Below are positions 25,600 through 34,936 of a stretch of 64,000 nt of DNA, piece by piece. The stretch lies in sequence record NC_061447.1; one strand, written 5' to 3'. The notes under the pieces were generated by a model. That model was not told the DNA's origin. It searched no databases and was given only the letters and a program-made list of their open reading frames with translations. The position numbers were made by a program, and so were the translations under genes. Each line of letters starts with the position of its first letter. Within the stretch, counting starts at the first letter, position 1.

Positions 25600-26091
25600 T
25601 TAGGCAAACCGCCCACCACGCCATGCGGCCTTAATGAGCAATTTTGCCACGATTTCGTTCTTCATTGTCTTTCGCTTGGCATTGCTTCTGACAAATGCAG
25701 AGCCGAACTTATTCACGACAATCAAACCGCAGCCGCGCTTTTTAATACGCGCTACGATCTGTTCGCCGCGAGATTCAAACAGTTGCTCGTCAATGATGAA
25801 GTACATGCGCATACAGTAAGGCAAATACTTATGCCACTTCTTATCGGTATTGAAGTCGGCCCAGCAACTTTTCACCTCTGTGATAATCATATCGCATTTG
25901 GTGTTTAGGCAGAACACGTCAGCCCGTAAGTTACCGTGCTTAATCAATCCAAGTTCGATGTGGCATGAATAGCGTTTGTCAATCCAGTAGCGCTGTGCAG
26001 CTTCGGTAAGAAAGGCCGTCTTATCAGGACGGCTCATTGACTTGAACACGGCAGTCTGAACAGGTTCAGCCTTGCGCTTCTTATACGCCAT
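25600..26091 (-). CDS. MmcB-like PD-(D/E)XK putative nuclease / DNA repair protein
   Basis: RADVFCL...IITEVKSCWADFNTDKKWHKYLPYC.RMYF matches the MmcB-family pattern. Confidence 0.8.
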   Translation of the reverse strand: MAYKKRKAEPVQTAVFKSMSRPDKTAFLTEAAQRYWIDKRYSCHIELGLIKHGNLRADVFCLNTKCDMIITEVKSCWADFNTDKKWHKYLPYCMRMYFIIDEQLFESRGEQIVARIKKRGCGLIVVNKFGSAFVRSNAKRKTMKNEIVAKLLIKAAWRGGRFA

Positions 26092-26539
26092 ACGAGTCGA
26101 TAATGTCCAGGGCTTGCTCTACGATAGGACGAAGTTTCTTATCCAGTTTACGCAGAGCCTTATCCGATTTGAACCACTTGCGTTCACGCGTCAGGGCTTC
26201 ATCGTATTCAGTCAGCATAGTCTTGACCTTCATGATGAACCATTCGACGTGTTGCTCGCGGCCTGTTTTGCCTTTGACGTAACGCATGATATCTACGAAG
26301 TCTTTCGGCTTGCCCAGGACACCAGCTTCTTCCATAGCTTCTTTAAGCGCACTGTCAAGTGGAGTCATTCCCGGCTCCACACCGCCTTTCGGCAGTCCCC
26401 AGTTACCAGCGTGGGTGGTACGAATCAAAAGCAACTCGATTGTACCATCCTTTTTCTTTCTGTATGGAATGACGCCAGACTGCTTACGAGGTTTCTTCTC
26501 GTGCGGCAGCTTGGCAGACAATGATACGTTGATCATCAT
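26081..26539 (-). CDS. Nudix hydrolase
   Basis: Nudix box variant GGVEPGMTPLDSALKEAMEEAG preceded by WGLPK, with N-terminal KQSGVIPY. Confidence 0.92.
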   Translation of the reverse strand: MMINVSLSAKLPHEKKPRKQSGVIPYRKKKDGTIELLLIRTTHAGNWGLPKGGVEPGMTPLDSALKEAMEEAGVLGKPKDFVDIMRYVKGKTGREQHVEWFIMKVKTMLTEYDEALTRERKWFKSDKALRKLDKKLRPIVEQALDIIDSYGV

Positions 26540-27036
26540 AATGAGTCGAGTCCCCGTGGCAGGTCAACATCCCACGAACCAGCATTGTCTTTCCACAGAC
26601 CTTGATCCTGCAACTCTTTATACGCTTCATAAAGAGACACACGGGCCTGAGGCGAAAGCTCGTTCACGAATCCAGGCATGTTGTACGAATACGAACAGCC
26701 AGGGAAGTATTGTAGACGGCAGGACTCGTATGTGTCAAACACGATACGACCTTCTGCATCAGTCACAACGGAATGTGAAGCCATACCACCTTGACCGAGA
26801 ACAACGATCTCATAGTCAGGATGTTTGTTGTAGACACGTTGAATGAACGCGGCGGTTTCAGCGAACGGTCGAGCTACTTGCGCAGCGCGGTGACAGTTCT
26901 GCTCCACGGCTGATTCAGCGAGAGCGCGAGCGCCAGTCAAATTCATAGCCGAGGCAAAGATAAGAGTTGTGAGCGCTTTTGGCTCAACAGCAGTGGGGAA
27001 AAACTTTGTGCCCCACGCTTGAGATAACGAAAGCAT
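26536..27036 (-). CDS. Hypothetical protein (166 aa)
   Basis: AAGGAG RBS, ATGA coupling to the Nudix gene. Confidence 0.75.
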   Translation of the reverse strand: MLSLSQAWGTKFFPTAVEPKALTTLIFASAMNLTGARALAESAVEQNCHRAAQVARPFAETAAFIQRVYNKHPDYEIVVLGQGGMASHSVVTDAEGRIVFDTYESCRLQYFPGCSYSYNMPGFVNELSPQARVSLYEAYKELQDQGLWKDNAGSWDVDLPRGLDSL

Positions 27037-27065
27037 GGACGTCTCCTTATACGATAGTCTCAGCT

Positions 27066-27073
27066 AAATTAGC
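27066..27073 (-). promoter_or_regulatory. Candidate late-promoter motif GCTAATTT (copy 3)
   Basis: Exact copy in the 38-nt intergenic gap, 29 nt upstream of ATG 27036. Confidence 0.55.
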
Positions 27074-27074
27074 G

Positions 27075-27365
27075 TCAGTCATCCCGACATGTAAGGACTT
27101 GCTTGCGAATCTGTGTAAACTCGCGTGGCGCAGGACCTGAGACAACAATAGCGAGTGTAGCAGGACGTTTCGGCTCTTTCAGAGTCACGTTACAGCCCGC
27201 ATGGGACAGTGCCGCGAAGGCGCCAGTAGCACACGGACCACTGACCACAAGAGTATGCGAATAGAAAGGCTTGTACTTCTTAGCCATAAATCGTGATATT
27301 GCGCCATGTATAGCTCGGCACTGCAACTCTGTAGGAACAGATCCACACCAAATCGCATATATCAT
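27075..27365 (-). CDS. Hypothetical protein (96 aa)
   Basis: ATGA coupling to the upstream gene, fills the gap. Confidence 0.65.
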   Translation of the reverse strand: MIYAIWCGSVPTELQCRAIHGAISRFMAKKYKPFYSHTLVVSGPCATGAFAALSHAGCNVTLKEPKRPATLAIVVSGPAPREFTQIRKQVLTCRDD

Positions 27366-28087
27366 TTCGTGTTCTCCTTAATCAAAAGGAGACCATTGAA
27401 GACACCGAATTTATCAGTGAAATCGCCGAGGACGTTATGGAGAGAACCACTATCACCAGGAGCACCGTAAGGATTAAAACCTGTGACGTTGATTTGCAGA
27501 TGCGATGAACTGACGGTATCGCGTCCCTTTTCCGACAAAAAGATGGTATGGCCAGAAAAACGCTGCTTATCAGTAATGAGCACACCCATGTTAGACCACG
27601 TACGGGAAGAGGTTTCCAGCACAAAGACAGACGCTTCGAAAAAGTTGCATCCCAGCTCTGGCTTGATATCTTCAATGTAGTGTGCATCTTCATGGTCAGC
27701 AACAACAACGTCCACCGTAATGAAATCAATCGCATCACGACGGTTGCGCAACCAGACCTGCATACAGCGTTCAAAGTAGTCAGCCAACGCACAGCAGATG
27801 CAGCTATAGTTCGACGGGTCTTTCTTGGCGCGTGGTATGGCTGTAATGCTGCGTTCATTGAATTTCCAGCTAATGTGATCAGTAACGAGGGTGCCGCCTT
27901 GCATCTCAACGTCTTCATCATTAATGAAGAACAGGTTGGTGCGTTGCATTGCGATGTTGGACATGACGTGGAGAGCACTGCCCTGTAAGCCCAGCGGATG
28001 CTGAATCATAACACGGGCAGTAACCACGCGCGGTACGCCACCATCAAGATATGCGAAGTTCATGGTGCGATGTAATACAGTGCGCAT
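27362..28087 (-). CDS. Hypothetical protein (241 aa)
   Basis: AAGGA RBS, contiguous with the baseplate operon. Confidence 0.75.
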   Translation of the reverse strand: MRTVLHRTMNFAYLDGGVPRVVTARVMIQHPLGLQGSALHVMSNIAMQRTNLFFINDEDVEMQGGTLVTDHISWKFNERSITAIPRAKKDPSNYSCICCALADYFERCMQVWLRNRRDAIDFITVDVVVADHEDAHYIEDIKPELGCNFFEASVFVLETSSRTWSNMGVLITDKQRFSGHTIFLSEKGRDTVSSSHLQINVTGFNPYGAPGDSGSLHNVLGDFTDKFGVFNGLLLIKENTK

Positions 28088-28097
28088 GATGCGTCCT

Positions 28098-28886
28098 TTA
28101 GTTCAGGTTGATTGTCTGTCCATTTACAGATACGTCTTGACCTGCCTCGATATTGATCGCACCCTTCACGTCCAGCGTATCATCGCCTTTCACTCGGACA
28201 ATACGACTACCCCCAACCTCAACAGTCTGATTGCCTGTGATTTTGGTATACTGATTGCCTGCATCGTTCTTAGCCGTACCCTTAAACTTCACACGCTTCT
28301 TAGGATCAGGCTTCAAGGACTTAGGTGTCATCGTTGGGTCATTCAGAATGTAGTCAGGAATATCACCCTTACTACCTGTGACGATCAGTTGCTGATTACC
28401 CACAATCGTTTGGTTAACGTCGCCCATAATCGTCATATGGAAATCACCAGACGTCACGAGGAAGTGCTCGTTAGTCATGCGGTCGATAATGAGCTGGGTA
28501 CCAGTAGACAGTCTGATACCAATACGATGCGGATAGTTCACCTGAAACTCTGGCAGCATATCAGCCTGAGTCATTCGCACGTCAGTAGAGTAGATACCTT
28601 CGTGCAATTGCCCTGTAGGGAATTTGACACTGACCTTACCGCCGCGAGTAGGAACGAACTGAGCGCCAAACACGACGCCCTGACTGCCACCCTTGAGTCC
28701 TTCGAGATGACCAACAGCAGGACGAATCCACGGAATAGATTCATCAGGAATGTCATCTGTCAGACCCATGATACGCGCACGAATCTGACAAATTTTCTGA
28801 GGGTCGTTGTTGTCAATAACGATAGCCTCATAGGTCATCTGCGGGTCGATGCCTTTCTTTGCGTTAACTGTATTGAGTGGAATCAT
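28098..28886 (-). CDS. Baseplate central spike, T4 gp5 / VgrG-like (OB fold plus short beta-helix, no lysozyme domain)
   Basis: VIDNNDPQKICQIRARI...IPWIRP OB-fold motif and C-terminal V/I-x-G-N/D beta-helix repeats. Confidence 0.88.
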   Translation of the reverse strand: MIPLNTVNAKKGIDPQMTYEAIVIDNNDPQKICQIRARIMGLTDDIPDESIPWIRPAVGHLEGLKGGSQGVVFGAQFVPTRGGKVSVKFPTGQLHEGIYSTDVRMTQADMLPEFQVNYPHRIGIRLSTGTQLIIDRMTNEHFLVTSGDFHMTIMGDVNQTIVGNQQLIVTGSKGDIPDYILNDPTMTPKSLKPDPKKRVKFKGTAKNDAGNQYTKITGNQTVEVGGSRIVRVKGDDTLDVKGAINIEAGQDVSVNGQTINLN

Positions 28887-30778
28887 TGGTTCACCCGTGG
28901 CAAATACATTTCAAGTTTATCGCCGTCTGGCGTACCGCGCTTACTCGAACCATCAACAGTACCATCACCAAGAGAGCACAAGAAGTTACGCAGGTTCTCT
29001 TCCTGTTGACGAATAAGCTGTGCAAGGTTGGTACTAGGACCAAGCAGCTTGCTAATGGAGAATGCGTCGAGGCACTTATCAGGCAGTGCGTCAGACAGCA
29101 TACGGTTCATATCTTCCAGTCTGTTACTTACACAACGCTGGTTGATCTGAGGACCATCGAGATACTCAGCAGGGATATCGCCGTTAGCAATCAGGCCGTT
29201 GACGTCACGCGTGAATCCACCGAGCATGTTCTCCATGCTGTCAATGCGATTCGCCAATGCGTCGAGTATGCCGCCTTTGTAGTTGATAGCCAGATTGACA
29301 CTCAACTTCTCCAGCGTGTTCAGCGCATTACAAATACCAGTCAGGTACTTGGCCATGTTGAACTCTTGCATCAGACTGTTCAGGTAGTCGGCGCCTTCGC
29401 CATATTTGGCTGCAAGCTCAGGGAACTTGAAAGCCTCACTGTCAGTCTGGAACTGGTCCAGCATCACGTCTAACTGGAGATTGTGTTGCTGTGCAAGGAA
29501 GTCGATTGGGTTTGAACCATCGAGCGCCTGTTTGATGTTCGAGTTAATCTGGAATGGACGCAGAATATTAGCAACGGTAGACAGCGGAGTCTGAATGATG
29601 TTTGACCCACCGCCAATGTTCGACGTACCCTCAACTGGAGTGAAGTTACGACTCAACAGGAACGCTTCGCTGTACATGCCACCAACGAATACGCGAGTGC
29701 GCCCGATGACCAGCCACTTGCCAGACACTTTGATATCAGTTTCAACTTCACGCTGTCCGTTAATCACACCAGCAGACACGTCAACGATATCGAACAGGTC
29801 TACCTCAGGACAACCACCAAGCACAAGAGCGCGAGCAGTTTCCGTATAGGTCATTGACTGACGCTTGTTCGAATAACGCGCCTGCATGTATTTGTTGTGC
29901 GTGTTGATATCGTTCGTTGGCTGCGCGTATGTCTTACGTGCGCCTGCGATAGTGCCACGAGTGTCACTGTTAATATTCAACGGGTCACGGTTCCTGACGG
30001 TCACTGCGGTAAGCTCGTTCGTCTTACCAGTGGCATCTGACCATAGCAGCTTTTCACCGTAGTTGGACATACCGTTGAAGATACCACTCATTGACTTAGG
30101 ACGAAACTCATGCAGGTTATACGCAGGAGTTTTGCCGATAGGCACATGGTTGAACAACCAATATGCTTTAGGTTCATCGTCAAAGAGTTTGTTGATATCC
30201 CGCACGACCATGCGCTTATCAGCAGTGATGAACATCTTCGGCAGTGCTTCTTCGGATATCCACATATGCTGTTCAATCATGTGCGTAAACTTCTTCGGAG
30301 AACAGGTAGCAGAGACCCAGTTCATGATATCAGAAGTTTGCACGTCACCAAAGTCAGGCGTTAGGCCGCTGAACGATGCGACTTGATTGAGTGCGTCGAT
30401 GGAGGTACCGTGTATGCTAAAGCTACGGGTATCGAAGATGAAGGCAGGAGCGTCGAGAATACACAGCACATCGAGCATAGGTGTGCCACTCTCACCGTAT
30501 TCCTTGACAGCGAATACAGAGAACGTGAGCGTAGACGCCGACTCATGGTCAGGCCCCATCACCATTGTCACCTTTGTACCGTCTACAATCGCGTGGGAAG
30601 ATCGCAGCACGTTCGTCTGATCGGAGAATACGATCCGAGCGCAGGGAATAGCAAATGTGTTTTCGTACACATGGACAGAACGGATAAGGTTAGGCATAGA
30701 CGGCGGTGCTTTGCCGTCTAACAGTAGCCCAAAATAACCCTGATCCTTTACGCCACCAGCAGTAGCTTGATCAGACAT
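28883..30778 (-). CDS. Baseplate hub protein (T4 gp27 / gpD-like) with C-terminal helical extension
   Basis: Immediately upstream of the spike gene. SVHVYENTFAIPCARIVFSD start and VSGKWLVIGRTRVF end are typical of hub proteins, followed by about 230 extra helical residues. Confidence 0.7.
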   Translation of the reverse strand: MSDQATAGGVKDQGYFGLLLDGKAPPSMPNLIRSVHVYENTFAIPCARIVFSDQTNVLRSSHAIVDGTKVTMVMGPDHESASTLTFSVFAVKEYGESGTPMLDVLCILDAPAFIFDTRSFSIHGTSIDALNQVASFSGLTPDFGDVQTSDIMNWVSATCSPKKFTHMIEQHMWISEEALPKMFITADKRMVVRDINKLFDDEPKAYWLFNHVPIGKTPAYNLHEFRPKSMSGIFNGMSNYGEKLLWSDATGKTNELTAVTVRNRDPLNINSDTRGTIAGARKTYAQPTNDINTHNKYMQARYSNKRQSMTYTETARALVLGGCPEVDLFDIVDVSAGVINGQREVETDIKVSGKWLVIGRTRVFVGGMYSEAFLLSRNFTPVEGTSNIGGGSNIIQTPLSTVANILRPFQINSNIKQALDGSNPIDFLAQQHNLQLDVMLDQFQTDSEAFKFPELAAKYGEGADYLNSLMQEFNMAKYLTGICNALNTLEKLSVNLAINYKGGILDALANRIDSMENMLGGFTRDVNGLIANGDIPAEYLDGPQINQRCVSNRLEDMNRMLSDALPDKCLDAFSISKLLGPSTNLAQLIRQQEENLRNFLCSLGDGTVDGSSKRGTPDGDKLEMYLPRVNQ

Positions 30779-30780
30779 GA

Positions 30781-31200
30781 TTAACCCTCAGCATCAAGCT
30801 CAATCGCGATGGCTTTGAGTTTTGCAGCAAGCAGCTTGATATCAGCAGACTTGGCTTGCATGTTAAAGCCACCGCGACCAGGTTTGATTTCAGAATCGTT
30901 TTTGGTGTTATACCACTTACGCACTTCTACGACACGGTTACCGGCATCGTCGTTAGCCAGATCAACAGAGAGATAGCTATGCGGTCCAATCTGGATGCGA
31001 AACATCTCAGGCTCAGAAGTCTCTACGCGAGTTTTCTTCTTGATCTTCTGAGGCTTCTCTTCCTTCTTGGGTTTCTTCACCTTAGAGGCTTTCTTCTCTG
31101 CGGCCTTCTCAACAAGAGGCTTATCGTGCTTCTTCTTTTTCAGGCTGTCTTTGATCTTCTTCGCTTTCGTACCAACAATCTTGCCGTTAACCATAGCCAT
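30781..31200 (-). CDS. PC4-like ssDNA-binding protein with Lys-rich N-terminus
   Basis: YLSVDL...RVVEVRKWY...EIKPGRGGFNM matches the PC4/KELP V.IR.(Y/W)Y...KPG.KG.S(L/M) motif. Confidence 0.75.
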   Translation of the reverse strand: MAMVNGKIVGTKAKKIKDSLKKKKHDKPLVEKAAEKKASKVKKPKKEEKPQKIKKKTRVETSEPEMFRIQIGPHSYLSVDLANDDAGNRVVEVRKWYNTKNDSEIKPGRGGFNMQAKSADIKLLAAKLKAIAIELDAEG

Positions 31201-31493
31201 TAGATTTGCGTCCTCTTAACTTTCTTGATAGCAGCACTCGGACGCTTCTGGGGTATCGCCATCAACTTACCCGCAGTCATCTCAGATGGATGAATCAACG
31301 CGTTTGCGATCAGCAGCAATGCCCAGTTAGTGTTCGAGCCGTATGTAATGTGCGACAAGAGTTGAGGATTGCCCTCCATAGAAGCGTCGATGCGTGTCGG
31401 CGTTGTATACAGTGCCGTGTCCACATCATCAAACACTTTCATGGTCAGAGGGTCAATACCCCACTTGTCAATCACGCCTATTGTTTCAGCCAT
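31200..31493 (-). CDS. LysM-like baseplate protein (T4 gp53 / P2 gpX-like)
   Basis: LLSHITYGSNTNWALLLIANALIHPSEMTAGKLMAIP pattern. Confidence 0.78.
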   Translation of the reverse strand: MAETIGVIDKWGIDPLTMKVFDDVDTALYTTPTRIDASMEGNPQLLSHITYGSNTNWALLLIANALIHPSEMTAGKLMAIPQKRPSAAIKKVKRTQI

Positions 31494-32284
31494 TTCTTCA
31501 AGTCCTCTCGCGTTACAGCAAAGTAGCTACTGACCTGTAGAATGAAGTCCACGCTGATAGGATTCCCTGTACCATCTTCCCACACGTTATCGAAGTTAGC
31601 ACTTACGCTATCAATGACGCATGGACTCATGGAGAAGAAATTACCAATATCAACGAAGAAGGCTTCACTGTCCTCTAAGACGTTACCGATTGCAGCGTTA
31701 GCAGCTTCGGCACCTTGACCACTTGCAGCCATAGTAAGCGTTTCCATACTTACTGACTTCAATGGGCTTGGACCAGGAGGAAGTAACAGGCCGCCTTTCT
31801 CAGACGGAGCACACAGGGAAAGCAGAGCTACTGTGGTATCGACGACTTCGGTTTTCGTATCAGAGTAAGCATCAACGAAGATAGGAAGGTCGATCGACAT
31901 GTAGCTTGGGCCTCCCCATACGCGAGCACTTGCCAGCTTGTGCATAGAACTGGCGCCAGCAAATCGCAGCGCCTTATCCATTGCTCCAGCATTGTTTGCA
32001 ACGAATCGCCCAGCAGCACCAGCAGCACCACCAACAGATGACAATGCGTTACCGCCTTGAGCAGCGAGGTCAGCCAACGAAGTGTTAGCAAAAGGTGCGT
32101 CCCACTGCGACGATAGGCTGAACGTGAAGTCTGGTGGAATGAAACCAGTGAACTTGATTGTACCACTCTTGTTGTAGATTTTCACACGGTACATGTTATC
32201 GACAGAGATGATATCGTCACGCGACCGTGTGTTCCCAACAGAAGTGGCTTGCCCACCATCGGCAGGCATTAAGTAGTTAGCCAC
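31478..32284 (-). CDS. Putative tail tube initiator / baseplate cap (T4 gp48/gp54-like)
   Basis: Position between the tape-measure-like and LysM genes. PCVIDSVSANFDN...PISVDFILQV tube-fold-like ending. GTG start with AAGGAG RBS. Confidence 0.6.
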   Translation of the reverse strand: MANYLMPADGGQATSVGNTRSRDDIISVDNMYRVKIYNKSGTIKFTGFIPPDFTFSLSSQWDAPFANTSLADLAAQGGNALSSVGGAAGAAGRFVANNAGAMDKALRFAGASSMHKLASARVWGGPSYMSIDLPIFVDAYSDTKTEVVDTTVALLSLCAPSEKGGLLLPPGPSPLKSVSMETLTMAASGQGAEAANAAIGNVLEDSEAFFVDIGNFFSMSPCVIDSVSANFDNVWEDGTGNPISVDFILQVSSYFAVTREDLKKWLKQ

Positions 32285-32296
32285 ACAAACTCCTTA

Positions 32297-34936
32297 TCAC
32301 ATGTAGCCCATAGTAATCATGTTCAACATCGGGTCATCCATAAAGATTGGAATCGAGTCGAGTGAATGTGCGTTACTAGGACTTGCGTTGTTAGAACCGC
32401 TTGAGCTAGGACGTGAGGCAGCAATAGCTTTAGGAACCTCAGGCGCTGGAGCTTGTTGCACAACGGCAGGTGCTGGAGCCTCTGTGCGAGCAATATCACC
32501 CTCAGTAACTAGAGGCTGTCTCGCAACAGTGTCTTCCTGCTTGACCGTAGGCGCAATGCGATTAACTTCTGGAGCTTGCATCATAGCGTTCGGAGCCATG
32601 TTACCCAGCTGAGTAGCAGCCACGGCTTCTGGCTTCTGTTCATCAGGCTTAGGTGTTTTGTCAGCAGCGACCTGCTGTGGCTTCGCAACGTCTGCGGGCA
32701 GTTGCTCTTTATTTACAGCTTTCTTCTGGCGATCTGCTTCGGCAACTTTAAGCAATACGTCCTTCTCGTTCTGCGCTCGCATTGCAACGGATTGCTGCGT
32801 TTGAGCATCAGATGATTTGAAGTATTTGCCAGTCGTTGAAGCCTTATAGTCCTGAATGGTCTTAATTAGATCATCGTCGGACATAGCGTTAACGTCTTTG
32901 CCTTGCAGCGCATTGGAGATAACACTGGTGCCAGCTCCATACTGAACCGCCGTGCTATACAGAAGTTCTTTCACGCCAGCACCACGCTTCGTCAGATCAA
33001 TGCCTACATCGTTCTGTGTCTTAGCAACGAGTGGCGCATAGTGAGTACGCGTGATATAGTCCGACTGTGCTTTGTCGAACGCTTCGCCTTGCGTGTTCGC
33101 AACATCTTTGTAGACGGAGTTGAACTGTGATGTACCTGGAGCAAGACCACCGAAACGCTCAAGGAATGGTTTACCTTCAGGGCTGTTCAGGAAGTTCATC
33201 ATACTGCCGTTGTTCGTAGCCAACTGGTGCTTGCCATAAGACACACCACCATAGTCACCACGACCAGTAGACACAGTACCAACACCACGACCACCAGACT
33301 CGAACTGCTCTGACACAGAACCAAGACCACCCTCAGCAATTGCCTTGTTAGCGATATCGGTAATCTGTTTGCTGTCATAGCGTTTAGCAGGTTGAGCACG
33401 TAACGGACCTTGATAGGTACCGCCTCCCATGCCCATTCCCATCATGCCCATACCGAATGCACCGAAGCCGAAAGGCGTCGCGGTAGGTGCAGGGAACTTA
33501 GCTTTGTTCTCGTTCTCGTCAGTAGTCTTGTTGTACTCCTCCATCTTCTCTTTACGGTCTTTCTCACCGTCAGCCAGCATCTTGTCTGATTCGTCGGTTA
33601 TCTTTGTAGATACATACTCACCCACAGAGCTACCGAAGTAATCACCAAGAATGCCACCGATTGTTGCACCCAACGCAGCACCAGCAGCAGTACCAGCTAC
33701 AGGAACAACTGAACCGAGAATACCACCAATCCAACCACCAGCCACTGCACCGAGAGAGCCGCCGGTAGCACCACCAACGGCAGATCCAGCAGCTTGCTTC
33801 TTAGCTTGCTCTTTCTCAGCATCAGTCATCTCCGTATCGCTATTGATATGACTTATATTGTTCGCATACTGCAAACCATTGCCGAGCACTGAGCCAACAA
33901 TAGGGATCTTCTTCGATGCCCCAGCAAGCAACACGGTAGCGCCGTCTACAGCAGAGTCCTGTACGATAGATGGTACACGAGGTACCTCACCTTCTACTTT
34001 CTCTTTTGCTGTATCGTCTGCACGTTGTACTTCTTGTTGCTGTGCTTGTGGTTGAGGCTGCGCTGGAGCTTCTGGCATACCTGCGCCGGCATTCGATGCG
34101 TTGTCCTGTTCGAACTCCTCTTGCGATTTGTTCTTCAACCACAGGCCGCCTACAGTAGCGGCTGCAATACCAGCAAGCGCCATTACAGCACCAGCTTTAC
34201 CTCTCAGTCGAGGGAATCGTGAACGAGGAAGGTTGCGTCCTGGACCACGACGTTGGCCTGCGCCTCTACCGTAACGTCTGCCACGACGATTACGACCACC
34301 GGTACGGCGACGACGATTATCGCTGCCATTATCATTGAAATCAGGGCCGCTATTATCATCTGGCTGGCTGTCGTCATCTGCTGGACCTCCTGTACCTGGA
34401 CCACCAGCACCAGGCTGTTGCCCATGAGGGTCTGACTTGGCGCGGTTTTTCTCTTTGAATGCTTCGCGCTTTTCCCACTCCAGCCAATCTTCGAGGGCTT
34501 TCTGCGTCTTGGTTGAGACTGCATTGCCTTCTTTGATTGCTTTAACGATATCATCGCCTGACTTCTCACCTGCAATAAACAGGTCTTCAAGCGCTGTTTC
34601 TACTTCACGAGAGTTTGGCTGTTGAGCCACTGGACGAGGAGATGCTACAGACTGCGGTTCGCCTTCAACATAACGAACACGCTGGTTAGCCATCTTCTCG
34701 CGCATAGCTTTCGCAGCACGGTTCTTAGCCCTTGACCCAGGACCGACGTACACAACTTCTTCATCGTACATCTCTGGGTCATAGTCGCGCTCAAAGTCGG
34801 CTTGCGTCTGATAGTCATTCGCTGCCTTACGTTTGCGCTTTGGCTTTGGCATACCTGCTACTGAGGAACTAACGCTATCCGCATGTTCGATCATTAGTTC
34901 GAGTGCGGACAACTCTTTCTCTTGTGGCTTAGCCAT
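32297..34936 (-). CDS. Tape-measure-like tail protein with a VgrG3-type muramidase-like domain
   Basis: Follows two chaperone-like genes. Gly/Ala zipper segments, then LGSVSEQFESGG...DYGGVSYGKHQL lysozyme-like motif. Confidence 0.7.
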   Translation of the reverse strand: MAKPQEKELSALELMIEHADSVSSSVAGMPKPKRKRKAANDYQTQADFERDYDPEMYDEEVVYVGPGSRAKNRAAKAMREKMANQRVRYVEGEPQSVASPRPVAQQPNSREVETALEDLFIAGEKSGDDIVKAIKEGNAVSTKTQKALEDWLEWEKREAFKEKNRAKSDPHGQQPGAGGPGTGGPADDDSQPDDNSGPDFNDNGSDNRRRRTGGRNRRGRRYGRGAGQRRGPGRNLPRSRFPRLRGKAGAVMALAGIAAATVGGLWLKNKSQEEFEQDNASNAGAGMPEAPAQPQPQAQQQEVQRADDTAKEKVEGEVPRVPSIVQDSAVDGATVLLAGASKKIPIVGSVLGNGLQYANNISHINSDTEMTDAEKEQAKKQAAGSAVGGATGGSLGAVAGGWIGGILGSVVPVAGTAAGAALGATIGGILGDYFGSSVGEYVSTKITDESDKMLADGEKDRKEKMEEYNKTTDENENKAKFPAPTATPFGFGAFGMGMMGMGMGGGTYQGPLRAQPAKRYDSKQITDIANKAIAEGGLGSVSEQFESGGRGVGTVSTGRGDYGGVSYGKHQLATNNGSMMNFLNSPEGKPFLERFGGLAPGTSQFNSVYKDVANTQGEAFDKAQSDYITRTHYAPLVAKTQNDVGIDLTKRGAGVKELLYSTAVQYGAGTSVISNALQGKDVNAMSDDDLIKTIQDYKASTTGKYFKSSDAQTQQSVAMRAQNEKDVLLKVAEADRQKKAVNKEQLPADVAKPQQVAADKTPKPDEQKPEAVAATQLGNMAPNAMMQAPEVNRIAPTVKQEDTVARQPLVTEGDIARTEAPAPAVVQQAPAPEVPKAIAASRPSSSGSNNASPSNAHSLDSIPIFMDDPMLNMITMGYM

